A stretch of 64,000 nucleotides of DNA from Lachnospiraceae bacterium (GCA_045629005.1 JAZQQJ010000025.1:1636-65635); one strand, 5' to 3'; counted from the stretch's first letter, positions 44,022-54,289 are shown. The notes: generated by a model not told the origin, from the sequence alone. Program-made: numbers and translations.

Positions 44022-45644
44022 CTATTTATTATTGAGCTTTCCATTTTTCTCTAGACGATGCAGGTAATCGTTTGTATCGATTTCCCACTTAAGTTTCTTA
44101 ATTCTGCCGATAATCAGAGGTGTAGCGATAAGAAGAATAATTACAATTACAATTGCAACAATATGTTCCTCACACCACTGTTTACGGTACTGTACATATG
44201 CTCTGGAATAGTTTTCTCTGTCATACTTGAGTTCGAAATATTCCATAGCTTCTTTATATTTTTCTTCTCTGAGAAGAGTACGGCCTACGCCGATGTAAGC
44301 AAGATCGTAGTTACCGTTAAGAGCGATAACCTGCTTCCAGCTTTCGCATGAAGCTTCATACTGACCTATCTGGAATTCTTCAATCGCTTTAAAAATAGCA
44401 TTTCCGTATTCGGTAGGTGTCATAAGCGTAACTGAATTTGTAAACTGATCCAGTATAAAAAGGTCATGCTTATCATTATAGGTCATATTATCAATGGCAA
44501 CAGGATATCTGAAGCATCCATCCATATTGCCGGAACCACCGAATGCGAAAAGAAGTCTGCCCTGATCATCATAGGCAAATACACGACCACGGTTTCTGTC
44601 AAGAGCAAAGTAGGAACCGTTTTCAAGAGCGGTAATATCGACAAGAAGTGATGTGCCCTGATATCCTCCGGCACTTCCCATATGGATATCACCGTAAGGG
44701 TAGTAGTTACCGTTTCTGATGAGAATATCGCTGCCCATAAGGTTCAAAAGTCTTATGGCATTTTCGGAACCGTCTTTAAGACCTGCTTCTGAAACGTGTG
44801 ATGTTGTTACATATATGAATCCTTCGTAGTCCATATATACGTTATCGTACTCTGTAGGAACGAAGTCTTCCATCTTTTCAAGCTGCTCAACGGTAGCGAT
44901 TCTCTTCCAGATGTACTGGATGAAATCATAGTTTACAGGGTTTGCGCCGATAAAGCCGGAAAAAGTACCATCAGCCTCAAACTTCATAAGGCCTTTTGTA
45001 ACCTGTGAAGCAAGGCAATAAATACGCTCGGATTTATCAACAACAATCTTGTAAGGAAGGAATGCTGCCGACTGATCAAAAGTTTCATTTACCGGCTTAA
45101 CAAATACCTGAAGGAAGTTTAAATCCTTATCAAGCTTAACGATACGATTTCTTTCTCTGTCTGCGATAAAAATGTTTCCCTGTTCAGAAACCGCAACATC
45201 TGTAGGCCCCTTGAAACTCTTTCTGGATTCGCCATCATCATATCCGGTAATCGTTCTTACAAATGTAAGTTCTGCAGAACCGGTACGCTGACACTGAACA
45301 ATACGATTATTACCTGTATCACAGATGTAAACCATATCACCTGCTACGGTAATACCACGCGGTGCATTTAAATTTTTAGCAACAGACTTGTTGTTGTCAC
45401 CTTCCTCTTCGGAAGTCTCCATAGGGAGATCTGCAACATCAAGACCTATGTCAACTGATGTAAAAACCTTTGTTGCCGTATAAGCATCAGGTGAATACTG
45501 AACATCACCCCAGTAGTCAAATGTGTAAGTATATCCGACCTCAGCACCTTCCTGAGCCTTTGTTTCAAATGCAGGAGTTGCAAGAGCAAGAATAAACGCA
45601 ACTGCAAATGTGAGTGCGCATATCTTTTTGATTAATTTTTTCAT
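44022..45644 (-). CDS. Secreted NHL-repeat beta-propeller protein with TPR-like segment and C-terminal TM anchor
   Basis: Signal peptide ends ...FETKA. NHL-type repeats (GITVAGDMVYICDTGNNRIVQ, PTDVAVSEQGNIFIADRERNRIVKLD). C-terminal TM helix IVAIVIVIILLIATPLIIG. Confidence 0.65.
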   Translation of the reverse strand: MKKLIKKICALTFAVAFILALATPAFETKAQEGAEVGYTYTFDYWGDVQYSPDAYTATKVFTSVDIGLDVADLPMETSEEEGDNNKSVAKNLNAPRGITVAGDMVYICDTGNNRIVQCQRTGSAELTFVRTITGYDDGESRKSFKGPTDVAVSEQGNIFIADRERNRIVKLDKDLNFLQVFVKPVNETFDQSAAFLPYKIVVDKSERIYCLASQVTKGLMKFEADGTFSGFIGANPVNYDFIQYIWKRIATVEQLEKMEDFVPTEYDNVYMDYEGFIYVTTSHVSEAGLKDGSENAIRLLNLMGSDILIRNGNYYPYGDIHMGSAGGYQGTSLLVDITALENGSYFALDRNRGRVFAYDDQGRLLFAFGGSGNMDGCFRYPVAIDNMTYNDKHDLFILDQFTNSVTLMTPTEYGNAIFKAIEEFQIGQYEASCESWKQVIALNGNYDLAYIGVGRTLLREEKYKEAMEYFELKYDRENYSRAYVQYRKQWCEEHIVAIVIVIILLIATPLIIGRIKKLKWEIDTNDYLHRLEKNGKLNNK

Positions 45645-45655
45645 TGCGCCCTCCT

Positions 45656-46567
45656 TTAGTCCTTAAGTCCGGATGTAGCCATTGTTTCAAGAACCTGGCT
45701 CTGTGAAATGATGAAAATTGTAACAGGCACAATCATGAGAACTACGGCTACAGCATAGGCCTGACCTGTTCTTGCGATTGCATTGCCCGATGTAATCTGA
45801 CGAAGTGCAAAGGAAAGTGTCTTCTTCTCTTCGGAGTAAATGACTGTTGTAGCGCCATTGTTCCAAAGAGCACCAACCGTGAAGATGATAACGGTGAGCC
45901 ATGCAGGCTTAACGTTAGGCATTACGATGTGAAGGAAAACGCTCCACTCGTTAGCACCATCGATCTTAGCGGCTTCAATAAGCGATGTAGGAAGACCTTC
46001 CATGAACTGCTTCATAAGGAAGAGTCCAAGTGATGCGCCCCATGCAGGAATAATGATTGCCCAATATGTATCAATCATACCGAGCTTGTTCATAATTACG
46101 TAGTTGGGAATAGCTGTAACGTAACCGTTGAACATAAGGGATACTGTAACAATTTTGAAGAATCCCTTTCCTCCCGGGAAGTCGTACTTAGCAAGTACGA
46201 AGGCTGCCATGGATGCAAGGATAACATGTCCGAGTGTTCCTACAAATGTAAGGAATACGGTGTTGAAAATGTATCTGGGGAATGTAACCCAGGATTTACC
46301 CATTGCAACAAAGAGGTCTGTGAAGTTGTCCATTGAAGGATTCTTTGCGAAGAACTTGGGCGGGAATATGAAAAGCTCGTCCAGAGGCTTCAGCGAAGAA
46401 CTTATCGTGAAGACAAGCGGTATAGCCATGATAACGGCCATAAATGCCAGGAAAAGTCCAAGGAAGAAATCGCCTGCTTTTGAACGGTTCGGCTTTCTTC
46501 TGCGAAGGAATTTCGGCTTCGGTTTGTATACTTTTACTTTTTTGATTTTTTCTTTTTTGCTCATCAT
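45656..46567 (-). CDS. Carbohydrate ABC transporter permease (LplC/MalG-like)
   Basis: EAA loop reads LIEAAKIDGANEWSVFLHIVMP. Six TM helices. Confidence 0.85.
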   Translation of the reverse strand: MMSKKEKIKKVKVYKPKPKFLRRRKPNRSKAGDFFLGLFLAFMAVIMAIPLVFTISSSLKPLDELFIFPPKFFAKNPSMDNFTDLFVAMGKSWVTFPRYIFNTVFLTFVGTLGHVILASMAAFVLAKYDFPGGKGFFKIVTVSLMFNGYVTAIPNYVIMNKLGMIDTYWAIIIPAWGASLGLFLMKQFMEGLPTSLIEAAKIDGANEWSVFLHIVMPNVKPAWLTVIIFTVGALWNNGATTVIYSEEKKTLSFALRQITSGNAIARTGQAYAVAVVLMIVPVTIFIISQSQVLETMATSGLKD

Positions 46568-46568
46568 A

Positions 46569-47507
46569 TCAGGTTCCCAATCTCCTTAACAAGGATTGTA
46601 CGAATTTATTGCAAAGGATCATAGTAAGGAAAAGCAGCGTTGCAATAGCCGATGCATAACCCATCTCATACTTTGTTGAACCATAGTCGATAAGGTGGGT
46701 AACAATCGTGTGTGCTGCATAGTCCGTACTCGGGTTACCACAGAGAGCCATTGTAACGTCGGCAACACCGAATGATGTAGTGATGGACATAACGGCACCG
46801 AACATAAGCATAGGTCTCATGCTGGGCAGTGTGATGTAGTAAAGCTCCTGCCAACGGTTCTTAACACCGTCAACGCATCCTGCTTCAAGAAGCGAACTGT
46901 CAACACCCTGAAGGCCGGCAACGAATGAAAGGAATCCGGTACCAAGCGAGGACCAGAGGATAACGCCCATACATACAGGAAGCATGTACTGAGGATTAAT
47001 GAGCCAGAGTATCGGGGAATCAATGATTCCGAGTTCGATAAGCCACTGGTTAACGTAACCGTAGATGTCACCACGGAAAAGGATTGCGAAGATGAATGTA
47101 ACGTTACCTGCAATTGAAGGTGCGTAGAAGATAATAACCGCAATCGTTCTGATCCATCTCGGAAGCTCGTTTATAAGCCAAGCGAATACGAACGACATAA
47201 TGTATCCTACAGGACCCGTTATAATCGCTATGACGAACGTGTTCTTAACTGCCGTGATGAAAACTTCATCGTCAAGCAACAGTCCGAAGTAGTTTGTCAA
47301 GCCTGTAAATCTGGGCGGTTCAAGTACGTTGTAGTACGTGAAACTCAGAAAGATTGATGTGAATACAGGTAAAATCGTAAATGTGAAGAAGATTACTGCA
47401 TAAGGCAACAGGAAGAGATAGCACATTTTCCTTTTCTTTGCCAATTTGCAGGCAACCTGGAAGTTATGCTTACGCAGCGTAACCAGTTTTTGTAAATATT
47501 CTTTCAT
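46569..47507 (-). CDS. Sugar ABC transporter permease (LplB/MalF-like)
   Basis: EAA loop reads LLEAGCVDGVKNRWQELYYITLP. Polytopic. Confidence 0.85.
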   Translation of the reverse strand: MKEYLQKLVTLRKHNFQVACKLAKKRKMCYLFLLPYAVIFFTFTILPVFTSIFLSFTYYNVLEPPRFTGLTNYFGLLLDDEVFITAVKNTFVIAIITGPVGYIMSFVFAWLINELPRWIRTIAVIIFYAPSIAGNVTFIFAILFRGDIYGYVNQWLIELGIIDSPILWLINPQYMLPVCMGVILWSSLGTGFLSFVAGLQGVDSSLLEAGCVDGVKNRWQELYYITLPSMRPMLMFGAVMSITTSFGVADVTMALCGNPSTDYAAHTIVTHLIDYGSTKYEMGYASAIATLLFLTMILCNKFVQSLLRRLGT

Positions 47508-47522
47508 ACTGCCTCTCTCCTA

Positions 47523-50471
47523 TCAGTCCAATGATAAGTTAAATTCTTTTCGTTTCTTCTCAAGCTCACCGTTAATCTTGATTACGTAATCGATGATTGT
47601 TTCACGAGGATCTGACTTCTCGTTGATAATCTTACGGATGGCATTTGTAACATGACGACCTGTAAAGTAACCACCGGGAACTTCTCTGATACCGTGGATA
47701 TCATCCCACTGTTCATCGAGGATTGCGATGTCCTCTGCAGACCATGCAAGCTGTACAAATGCTTCACGGTTTGCTGTGTTGTAACGTGAGGATGCACCGA
47801 GGAGTGCTTCAATCTCACGGCCGTAACGAACCTGTGTATCTGCGTCTGCCCACCACTTCATGAAATCCCATGCTTTAAGGGTCTTTTCTTCGGAGCGGTC
47901 TGCATCTGCAATCATCATTGTTGCCATAGCGGAAACGAATGATGTTCTGTCGATGTACTCATTTCCGTTCTCATCTGTCTTTAATGTGCCGGGTGCAAAT
48001 GTGAAATCCCAAAGGCCCTTAATTTCAGGAGCGGAAACCATAAGTGTATTGTACATGCTGTAAGGGAAAACGCCGAGAGGCATTTCGCCTGTACGGAAAC
48101 GGCTCGCAAAGTCGAATACTGTAGGAATGCCGTAATCCGTGAAATATCTTGAGTAATCTTCAAGGGCTTTTACACCGATTTCGGAGTCACAGGTACATTT
48201 TGCACCGGACTCATTGTAGCAGTCTCCGCCGTACTGGTAGAGAAGCGTGAAGTAAAGAGTAAGGTCACCGGATGTCGAAACCGCAAGAGCCGATCCTGAA
48301 GAACCTGCTGCGGAAGGAAGTCCGACTGACATGTTGTTACCCTGAATTGTAGGAAGGATGGCAATGAGTTCGTCCCATGTGGTAGGAATTTCAAGACCAA
48401 GTTCTTCCATAACGTCTTTACGATAGAACAGTACTGAGAAGGACTGTGTTTCCGGAACACCGTAGATACCGCCTTCAAACTCGTACTGGATGTATGACTG
48501 AGGATGGAATGCTGAAAGAACTTCTTCATAATCAGCAAACTGTGTGATATCAACTGCTGCGCCACGGAGTGCGTAGTTTATAGGCTGGTCCGGATTAACA
48601 GTAAGAACAACATCCGGTCCTCTGCCTGCAAGTACTGCTGAAAGCAATGCGCCTGCATCAACGATTTCGAGGTTGACCTTAATGCCTGTCTCAGGAGTGA
48701 ATGTATCATCAATCATTGTCTTAATGATGATACCCTGGTCACGACCGGTAGCAACCCAAACTTTAATAACATCATCAGCTTTCTTATCGTATGTATCACC
48801 GACTGCATTGTAGTCTACAACGAAGCTGGCAACGAAAGCCTTAATTTCATGTGCTGCATTCTTAAAGAAGTTTACTGTGTCCTTCTTGAAATCAACATCT
48901 GTGCCCTTAACTACGAGGTAGTCAACATCGAGCTTGATTTCGGAAAGGGTAAGCATTGATGTACCGACTGCGGAAATATTATCCTTGAAGGCCTGGAACT
49001 CACGTGTGATTCTGTCAGGTCTCTCACAGAAACGCTCCATCTGACGGGCAATTGTCTGTGCGGTAGCAATCTGATCTGCTTTCTGTCCTGTGTAAAGAAC
49101 TGTATCATCTACAACTTTGTAGAGACGCTTGTATTCGAGCTCAAGAGCTTCCATAACTTCAGGGAAGACCTTGTTAATTCTGTAGTCACGCTTTGAGTCA
49201 GGAGATGCACCTGTGTAAACAAGCATTGTTCTGTAAACCTGATTCAGCTTGAATGTACTGTCTTCAAGACGTTCAAGAATGTCACCGAGTGCTCCGAGTG
49301 TAGCTTCAAGACGAATATGATGTGTACCCTTTGTAAGGTAGAATTCATATGCTTTGCCATCAGCATCGGCAAGTTCAAGAACTTCCCACTCTGTGTTATA
49401 TGCGAAACCGATTTCCTGAACCTCTTTGAAAGGAATTTCATTATCAATATAGAGACAACGGTTGGAAACGGCACCACGTGCATAGTTCTGACGGCCCTTA
49501 ACAGCGATGTTATAGAAACCGTCCTCAGGGATTTCAACGTCCCACTCAATCCACTGACCGGAAGCTTTCCATGCATCACCGCCGACATAGTTCAGAAGAG
49601 TTTTTGTAACGCTGTAAGGTGATGTATTTGCAGCTGCCTTATCGTACTTCGCATAAAGTGAAGGCTCGGAACGACGTGTTGAAGACTCGCCTTCAATCTG
49701 GTTGTAATAGGTGAGGCCTTCGCCTGTAGCAGCAGACTTTCCTGCGTTAGCTGTTTTATATTCATCATAAGTTGCTGTATCAAGAACCGGAACGAGAGAA
49801 AGCTTTCTGATAGCCATCGGTTCGTTTACAGCTTCAAGAGAAATTGTGTTCAGACCTTTTTCGAAATAGAACTGATACGGCTCAATGTGATAACCCATAT
49901 CATCACGGAAATAAGAACCCTGCCAGTCAAAGATTTCAATCTGCTTGGGACGTATCTGGTTGCCCTGGTTATCCGACTTGGGTGCATATGCATCTGTCCA
50001 AATACGATAGAAACAAAGATTTTCTGCATCGGAGAAGGGAGCCTCTCCGTTTATTTTAAATTTACGCTCAACCTGAACGCCTCTTGACTCCTCAGCAAGG
50101 TACTCAATAAAAACATTGTAGAAACCTGTTTCGGGAACGTCAACGCTCCAGGTAACTTTAGACGCATCACCTGTATGAAGTACTTTGTCTTCATTATAAA
50201 CGTTGGTAAGAATTTCGACGTTTTCTGCGTCAGTATATGAGAAAATGTCAACTTCTGCGGTAGACGAAGCAGCCTTGGCATCCGAATGAGCAAGAAGATA
50301 CTTGGAATATGTGCCTTCACGTTCCGCACCAACTGCATCCGTAAGAAGGTCCTCACCCTCATATTTAAGGTGATTGTCGTCTGTGTCTCCGCCTTTAAGC
50401 AAAATGCAGATAACAACGATGGCAACAATAACTCCCAGTGCGATTAAAAGTTTCTTTACAGAGCTTTTCAT
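47523..50471 (-). CDS. Giant (~982 aa) membrane-anchored solute-binding protein with two N-terminal CBM-like modules
   Basis: ATG 50471 follows GGAGGA. N-terminal signal-anchor with no lipobox. Duplicated module (VTWSVDVPETGFYNVFIEY... and GQWIEWDVEIPEDGFYNIAVKG...). C-terminal SBP-like region. Confidence 0.7.
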   Translation of the reverse strand: MKSSVKKLLIALGVIVAIVVICILLKGGDTDDNHLKYEGEDLLTDAVGAEREGTYSKYLLAHSDAKAASSTAEVDIFSYTDAENVEILTNVYNEDKVLHTGDASKVTWSVDVPETGFYNVFIEYLAEESRGVQVERKFKINGEAPFSDAENLCFYRIWTDAYAPKSDNQGNQIRPKQIEIFDWQGSYFRDDMGYHIEPYQFYFEKGLNTISLEAVNEPMAIRKLSLVPVLDTATYDEYKTANAGKSAATGEGLTYYNQIEGESSTRRSEPSLYAKYDKAAANTSPYSVTKTLLNYVGGDAWKASGQWIEWDVEIPEDGFYNIAVKGRQNYARGAVSNRCLYIDNEIPFKEVQEIGFAYNTEWEVLELADADGKAYEFYLTKGTHHIRLEATLGALGDILERLEDSTFKLNQVYRTMLVYTGASPDSKRDYRINKVFPEVMEALELEYKRLYKVVDDTVLYTGQKADQIATAQTIARQMERFCERPDRITREFQAFKDNISAVGTSMLTLSEIKLDVDYLVVKGTDVDFKKDTVNFFKNAAHEIKAFVASFVVDYNAVGDTYDKKADDVIKVWVATGRDQGIIIKTMIDDTFTPETGIKVNLEIVDAGALLSAVLAGRGPDVVLTVNPDQPINYALRGAAVDITQFADYEEVLSAFHPQSYIQYEFEGGIYGVPETQSFSVLFYRKDVMEELGLEIPTTWDELIAILPTIQGNNMSVGLPSAAGSSGSALAVSTSGDLTLYFTLLYQYGGDCYNESGAKCTCDSEIGVKALEDYSRYFTDYGIPTVFDFASRFRTGEMPLGVFPYSMYNTLMVSAPEIKGLWDFTFAPGTLKTDENGNEYIDRTSFVSAMATMMIADADRSEEKTLKAWDFMKWWADADTQVRYGREIEALLGASSRYNTANREAFVQLAWSAEDIAILDEQWDDIHGIREVPGGYFTGRHVTNAIRKIINEKSDPRETIIDYVIKINGELEKKRKEFNLSLD

Positions 50472-50746
50472 AAAATCCTCCACTATTTGCAGTAAATTCG
50501 CATTCTCCCTATGCTTAAGACTGCAATTCAATGTGCATGGCACATCCTGTTTGATTATAGCAACGAATGATAACATCCGCTTTTCAATTATTGCTGTTTT
50601 CTTTTTGCATTTTGCTAAAAAATTAATAAAATCTTTTTATTTTCATTATGTTTTTTTGTGCTAAAATAACAAAAGAGATGCAGGTCAATCGTTTTAATGC
50701 TATAACAATTACTAAAAAAGATTATTTAATAAGAAAAGGATTATTT

Positions 50747-51715
50747 ATGAAGCCTTCGGATTTAGCAACAGAAGATAAGAAAACCTTGGATCTGTTCAGT
50801 GCAAATTACGATCACCCGGGGTATCCTCAAATGTATGGGGAACGAGAAAAGATTCTTTTCTCAGGTAACTCCTCCATACGTGTCTGGTACAATAATGTAA
50901 ACAGCTGTTATCCCCTTCACTGGCACAAAACCTTCGAAGTCATTATGCCACTCACGAACTATTACGATGTTTCTGCCGAGGGCACACTGTTTCGAATTCA
51001 GCCCGGTGAGATCATGTTTGTTCCGCCCGGAACACTCCATGAATGTATTGCCCCGGAAAGCGGAACGCGTTTTGTATATCTTTTCAAAACAACAGCCATA
51101 GAAAACCTTAACGGTTTTGCCCGCATACAGCATTTACTGAACGAGCCCTTCCTTTTCACACAATCAGAGTTTCCTCTGGTTTATGACGATATTTTTAGGC
51201 TTCTTCTCAAGATTAAGGACGAATATTTCATGCAATCCGAGCATGAGCTTTATGAACTTACGATCCACTCTCTTATATTGGAAATCCTTGCACTTCTCGG
51301 ATACAGTCTTCTTAATAAAGATGTTGAGTCCGAAAAAACTTCTTCTTCCAACAAAAAATATACGAAGCTCTTTAACAGCCTGCTTCAGTACATAGAAGTT
51401 CACTATGCCGAAGACCTCACCCTTGAAGATATGGCTGATAAAATGGGATTTTCAAAATATCATTTCTCCAGACTGTTTAAAGAATATACTTCTTTTACAT
51501 TCTGCGATTACGTTAACTTCCGTCGAATCAAAGCCGCAGAGATTCTTTTGGAAAATCCTGAAGTATCGGTAACGGAGGTTGCCGTCAATACAGGATTCGC
51601 TTCCATTCCGACCTTTAACAGACTCTTTAAAAAATACCGCGGATGCACTCCTACGGAATACCGAAGCAAAAGTTCACGCTACATGCACACCATGGCAGTC
51701 AGGAAGAAACAATAA
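50747..51715 (+). CDS. AraC-family transcriptional regulator (cupin + HTH)
   Basis: ATG 50747 follows AAAAGGA. Has a cupin-like N-terminal domain. C-terminal part reads LTLEDMADKMGFSKYHFSRLFK...NTGFASIPTFNRLFKKYRGCTPTEYR. Divergent from the importer operon. Confidence 0.85.
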   Translation: MKPSDLATEDKKTLDLFSANYDHPGYPQMYGEREKILFSGNSSIRVWYNNVNSCYPLHWHKTFEVIMPLTNYYDVSAEGTLFRIQPGEIMFVPPGTLHECIAPESGTRFVYLFKTTAIENLNGFARIQHLLNEPFLFTQSEFPLVYDDIFRLLLKIKDEYFMQSEHELYELTIHSLILEILALLGYSLLNKDVESEKTSSSNKKYTKLFNSLLQYIEVHYAEDLTLEDMADKMGFSKYHFSRLFKEYTSFTFCDYVNFRRIKAAEILLENPEVSVTEVAVNTGFASIPTFNRLFKKYRGCTPTEYRSKSSRYMHTMAVRKKQ

Positions 51716-51736
51716 TTCACATTTTACATCTTTATA

Positions 51737-51790
51737 CAAAAACACAGCCTCAGGCAAAATCATCATTGCCCAAGGCTGTTTTTATTTTAT
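51737..51790. terminator. Bidirectional intrinsic terminator
   Basis: AAAAA, then a stem ACAGCCTcaGGCAA...TTGCCcaAGGCTGT (7+5 bp, outer arms 51744-51750/51773-51779), then TTTTTATTTT. Confidence 0.7.
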
Positions 51791-51822
51791 GTCATAATTC
51801 TCAGTCAGAACATGTAAGGCAA

Positions 51823-53166
51823 TTACTCCACCATACCTCTGTTGCCCATTTCCACAAGTTTGTCTGCAATTTGCTGATTAAAGAAGGTGAGCGTCCTTCT
51901 GTTAAATATGCCGAATCGCTCTCCATTTCCGGAATATACGCCATTATCCCACCATACGCACTTTATTCCATACTCATTTGTAAGCCCCATGTAGTCCTCG
52001 AGCCATTCAAGCACTTCCTGAGTATTGTCGCCAGCGGCATTTGTTTTATGAACAGCACCGAACTCGGTAATAATAACGGGAAGTCCTTTATCGAGAAAAT
52101 AACTCTTTACTGTAAGAAGCTGGCTTCTTATTTCTGACTTCATGGTAAGATTCCAGTTGAAAACGCTCGTATCCGGCTCAAATGTGAAATTATAAGGCGT
52201 ATACATGTGGACAGCAACTGCCACCATTTCATCCTCAGGAATCATAAACGTTCTGAAGCTGGTATTTACGACAGAGTTTCCATAAGGGCATATAATGAGA
52301 AGTCTGCGCTCATTATTGCCTCCCGTGGCTCGAACCGTTTCAACAAATGCCTTGTTTAAGAGATTAACCGCACCTCTTTCGGAATCCGTACCACCGTTCC
52401 ATTCACCTGCAGAGCCTTTTGTTCTGGGCTCGTTCATTCCCTCAAAGATAAGATGTTCATCATATTCCATGAAGTATTCGGAAAGCTGTTTCCAAATAGC
52501 GCAAAGCTCAGCAGAAACAGTTTCAAGTTTGCTCTTATCCGGCACAAGCCAGTAATCCGGCTCATGATGCGTATCCAGAATGACATACATATCATTGTTG
52601 TAAGCATAATCAACAACTTCTTTTACTCTGGCAAGCCACGCTTCATCTATTGTATAATCAGGCGCCTTTCCAACATGATTTGCAAAAGTAACCGGGATTC
52701 TTATTGTATTGAAACCCTGTTCTGCAATAGCATCAATCATTGCCTGCGTCGTTTTGGGATTTCCCCAGTAGGTTTCCGCAGCAACACCGCTTCTCCCATG
52801 TGAATCAAGTGTATTTCCGAGATTCCAGCCGACATTAAGCTTTGAAAGAAGTTCAAAAGCAGCTGTACGGTCGATTACCGGCACCGGTGTGTTTGTAGGA
52901 TACGGGGTAACTGTTGCGGTTGGCGTCGGAATGTCTGTAGGCGTTGTAACCACCGTGGGGGTAGGAGCCTCTGTAGGTGTCGGAACATCCGTGGGCGTAG
53001 GAAAGTCCGTGGGTGTTGCAGTTGCAGGTGCTTCGGTCAGAGTCACGACTGCTTCAGTCGGTGTTGCAGAGACGGGCGTTACAGTAGGCTGTACCGCACC
53101 TTGTGTGCAGCCTGTAAGCATTGCCAGCACGCACACCGTAGAAATCATTTTTAAAAATCTTTTCAT
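51823..53166 (-). CDS. GH5 endo-beta-glycanase lipoprotein (cellulase/xyloglucanase-type)
   Basis: Lipobox LTGC and a Pro/Thr linker. GH5 motifs GWNLGNTLD, FEGMNEP (acid/base) and ITEFG (nucleophile). Confidence 0.8.
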   Translation of the reverse strand: MKRFLKMISTVCVLAMLTGCTQGAVQPTVTPVSATPTEAVVTLTEAPATATPTDFPTPTDVPTPTEAPTPTVVTTPTDIPTPTATVTPYPTNTPVPVIDRTAAFELLSKLNVGWNLGNTLDSHGRSGVAAETYWGNPKTTQAMIDAIAEQGFNTIRIPVTFANHVGKAPDYTIDEAWLARVKEVVDYAYNNDMYVILDTHHEPDYWLVPDKSKLETVSAELCAIWKQLSEYFMEYDEHLIFEGMNEPRTKGSAGEWNGGTDSERGAVNLLNKAFVETVRATGGNNERRLLIICPYGNSVVNTSFRTFMIPEDEMVAVAVHMYTPYNFTFEPDTSVFNWNLTMKSEIRSQLLTVKSYFLDKGLPVIITEFGAVHKTNAAGDNTQEVLEWLEDYMGLTNEYGIKCVWWDNGVYSGNGERFGIFNRRTLTFFNQQIADKLVEMGNRGMVE

Positions 53167-53204
53167 GTTTTGCCTCCCCTCAAAGGCCTAAAACGCTTCT
53201 CCCT

Positions 53205-54227
53205 TTACATTAATTCAAGCATTTTATCTCTTACGGACTCAATCGAACCCCATATAAAGCCAAAGTTCATGCCCTTATAACTCCACGCCGCAGCACCGAT
53301 GCCATACTTCTTAAGCACTTTATGAATGTCTCTGTACCACCTGAGAGCTGCTTCAGGGTCTGCAAGATCGATAACTCCATATTCTCCGCAATAAAGAATA
53401 ACATTTCTTTCCTCTGCTGTTTTTATTGCATCTGCCATGATTTTTTCGAAATACTCGGAAGAAAGCGAATCCTCTCCGGGTGCATACGAAGCATCCTTAA
53501 GCCCTGTTCTTGCCGCTTCCTTTTCAAAGTCAGCAACCGTGAGCGGATAGGAAAGTCTGAAATCATGCGGCATACCATCGACCCATGGAGCACCCTGATG
53601 TGTAAAAACCATAGGGTCATAGCAGTGCATATCATATACACAGTTTTCATCGAAAGGCATTGCACAGTATCTTACAGCATGGACACTATTATTCCAATAA
53701 CTTCCGTACATAATTTTGATTGTAGGTGCATATGCTCTGATTGTGTTGAATGCCCTCTTGGCAATGTCTTTAAAGGGCTCATTATCCTCTGCACTGACAA
53801 TCTCATTAAGAAGCTCAAATGTAACAAAGTCAGAGTACTGTGCATATCTCTTTGCCATTTCCTCCCAGAATGAAAGGAACTGAAGAATAAGCTTCTCTGT
53901 TCTGAAGAACCCTCGCCCTTCACCTTCACCTACATCGAAGGAATATCCGTTCGTCTTATGAAGGTCGAGAATAATGTTCAAACCATTGTTTTTTGCCCAT
54001 GCAATAGCGTTATCAATGTATTTGAAATTATCATAGATGAAGTTTCCTTCTTTGTCCTGCACAAGATTGTAATCGATTGGAAGACGCACATGATCAAGTC
54101 CCCAGGACTTAATTGTCTTGAAATCTTCTTCTGTTATAAAACGGTCATAATGCTCGGTTGTATGAATGCACTGTGAGAGCCATCCGCCGATATTAATGCC
54201 ATGTTGATATCCTTCCCACTTTTTCAT
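53205..54227 (-). CDS. GH5 glycoside hydrolase, cytoplasmic
   Basis: No signal peptide. Motifs INIGGWLSQ, FELLNEI and YCGEYG. Confidence 0.75.
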   Translation of the reverse strand: MKKWEGYQHGINIGGWLSQCIHTTEHYDRFITEEDFKTIKSWGLDHVRLPIDYNLVQDKEGNFIYDNFKYIDNAIAWAKNNGLNIILDLHKTNGYSFDVGEGEGRGFFRTEKLILQFLSFWEEMAKRYAQYSDFVTFELLNEIVSAEDNEPFKDIAKRAFNTIRAYAPTIKIMYGSYWNNSVHAVRYCAMPFDENCVYDMHCYDPMVFTHQGAPWVDGMPHDFRLSYPLTVADFEKEAARTGLKDASYAPGEDSLSSEYFEKIMADAIKTAEERNVILYCGEYGVIDLADPEAALRWYRDIHKVLKKYGIGAAAWSYKGMNFGFIWGSIESVRDKMLELM

Positions 54228-54249
54228 CTTATTCCTCCCAAACTCGGAT

Positions 54250-54289
54250 TTTTCTTTTTAAAATAGGGCAGACATCCTCTGTCTGCCCT
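54250..54289 (-). terminator. Intrinsic terminator after the GH10 gene
   Basis: Stem AGGGCAGAC (54265-54273) / GTCTGCCCT (54281-54289). On the minus strand it is followed by ATTTTAAAAAG, a weak U-tract. Confidence 0.45.

Noticed and set aside
52889-53191. Gly/Val-rich antisense ORFs opposite Pro/Thr linkers (also 54316..54651 and 63478..63786)
   Set aside because: They are reverse-complement artefacts of ACn/CCn linker codons in the GH5, GH10 and CBM2 genes.
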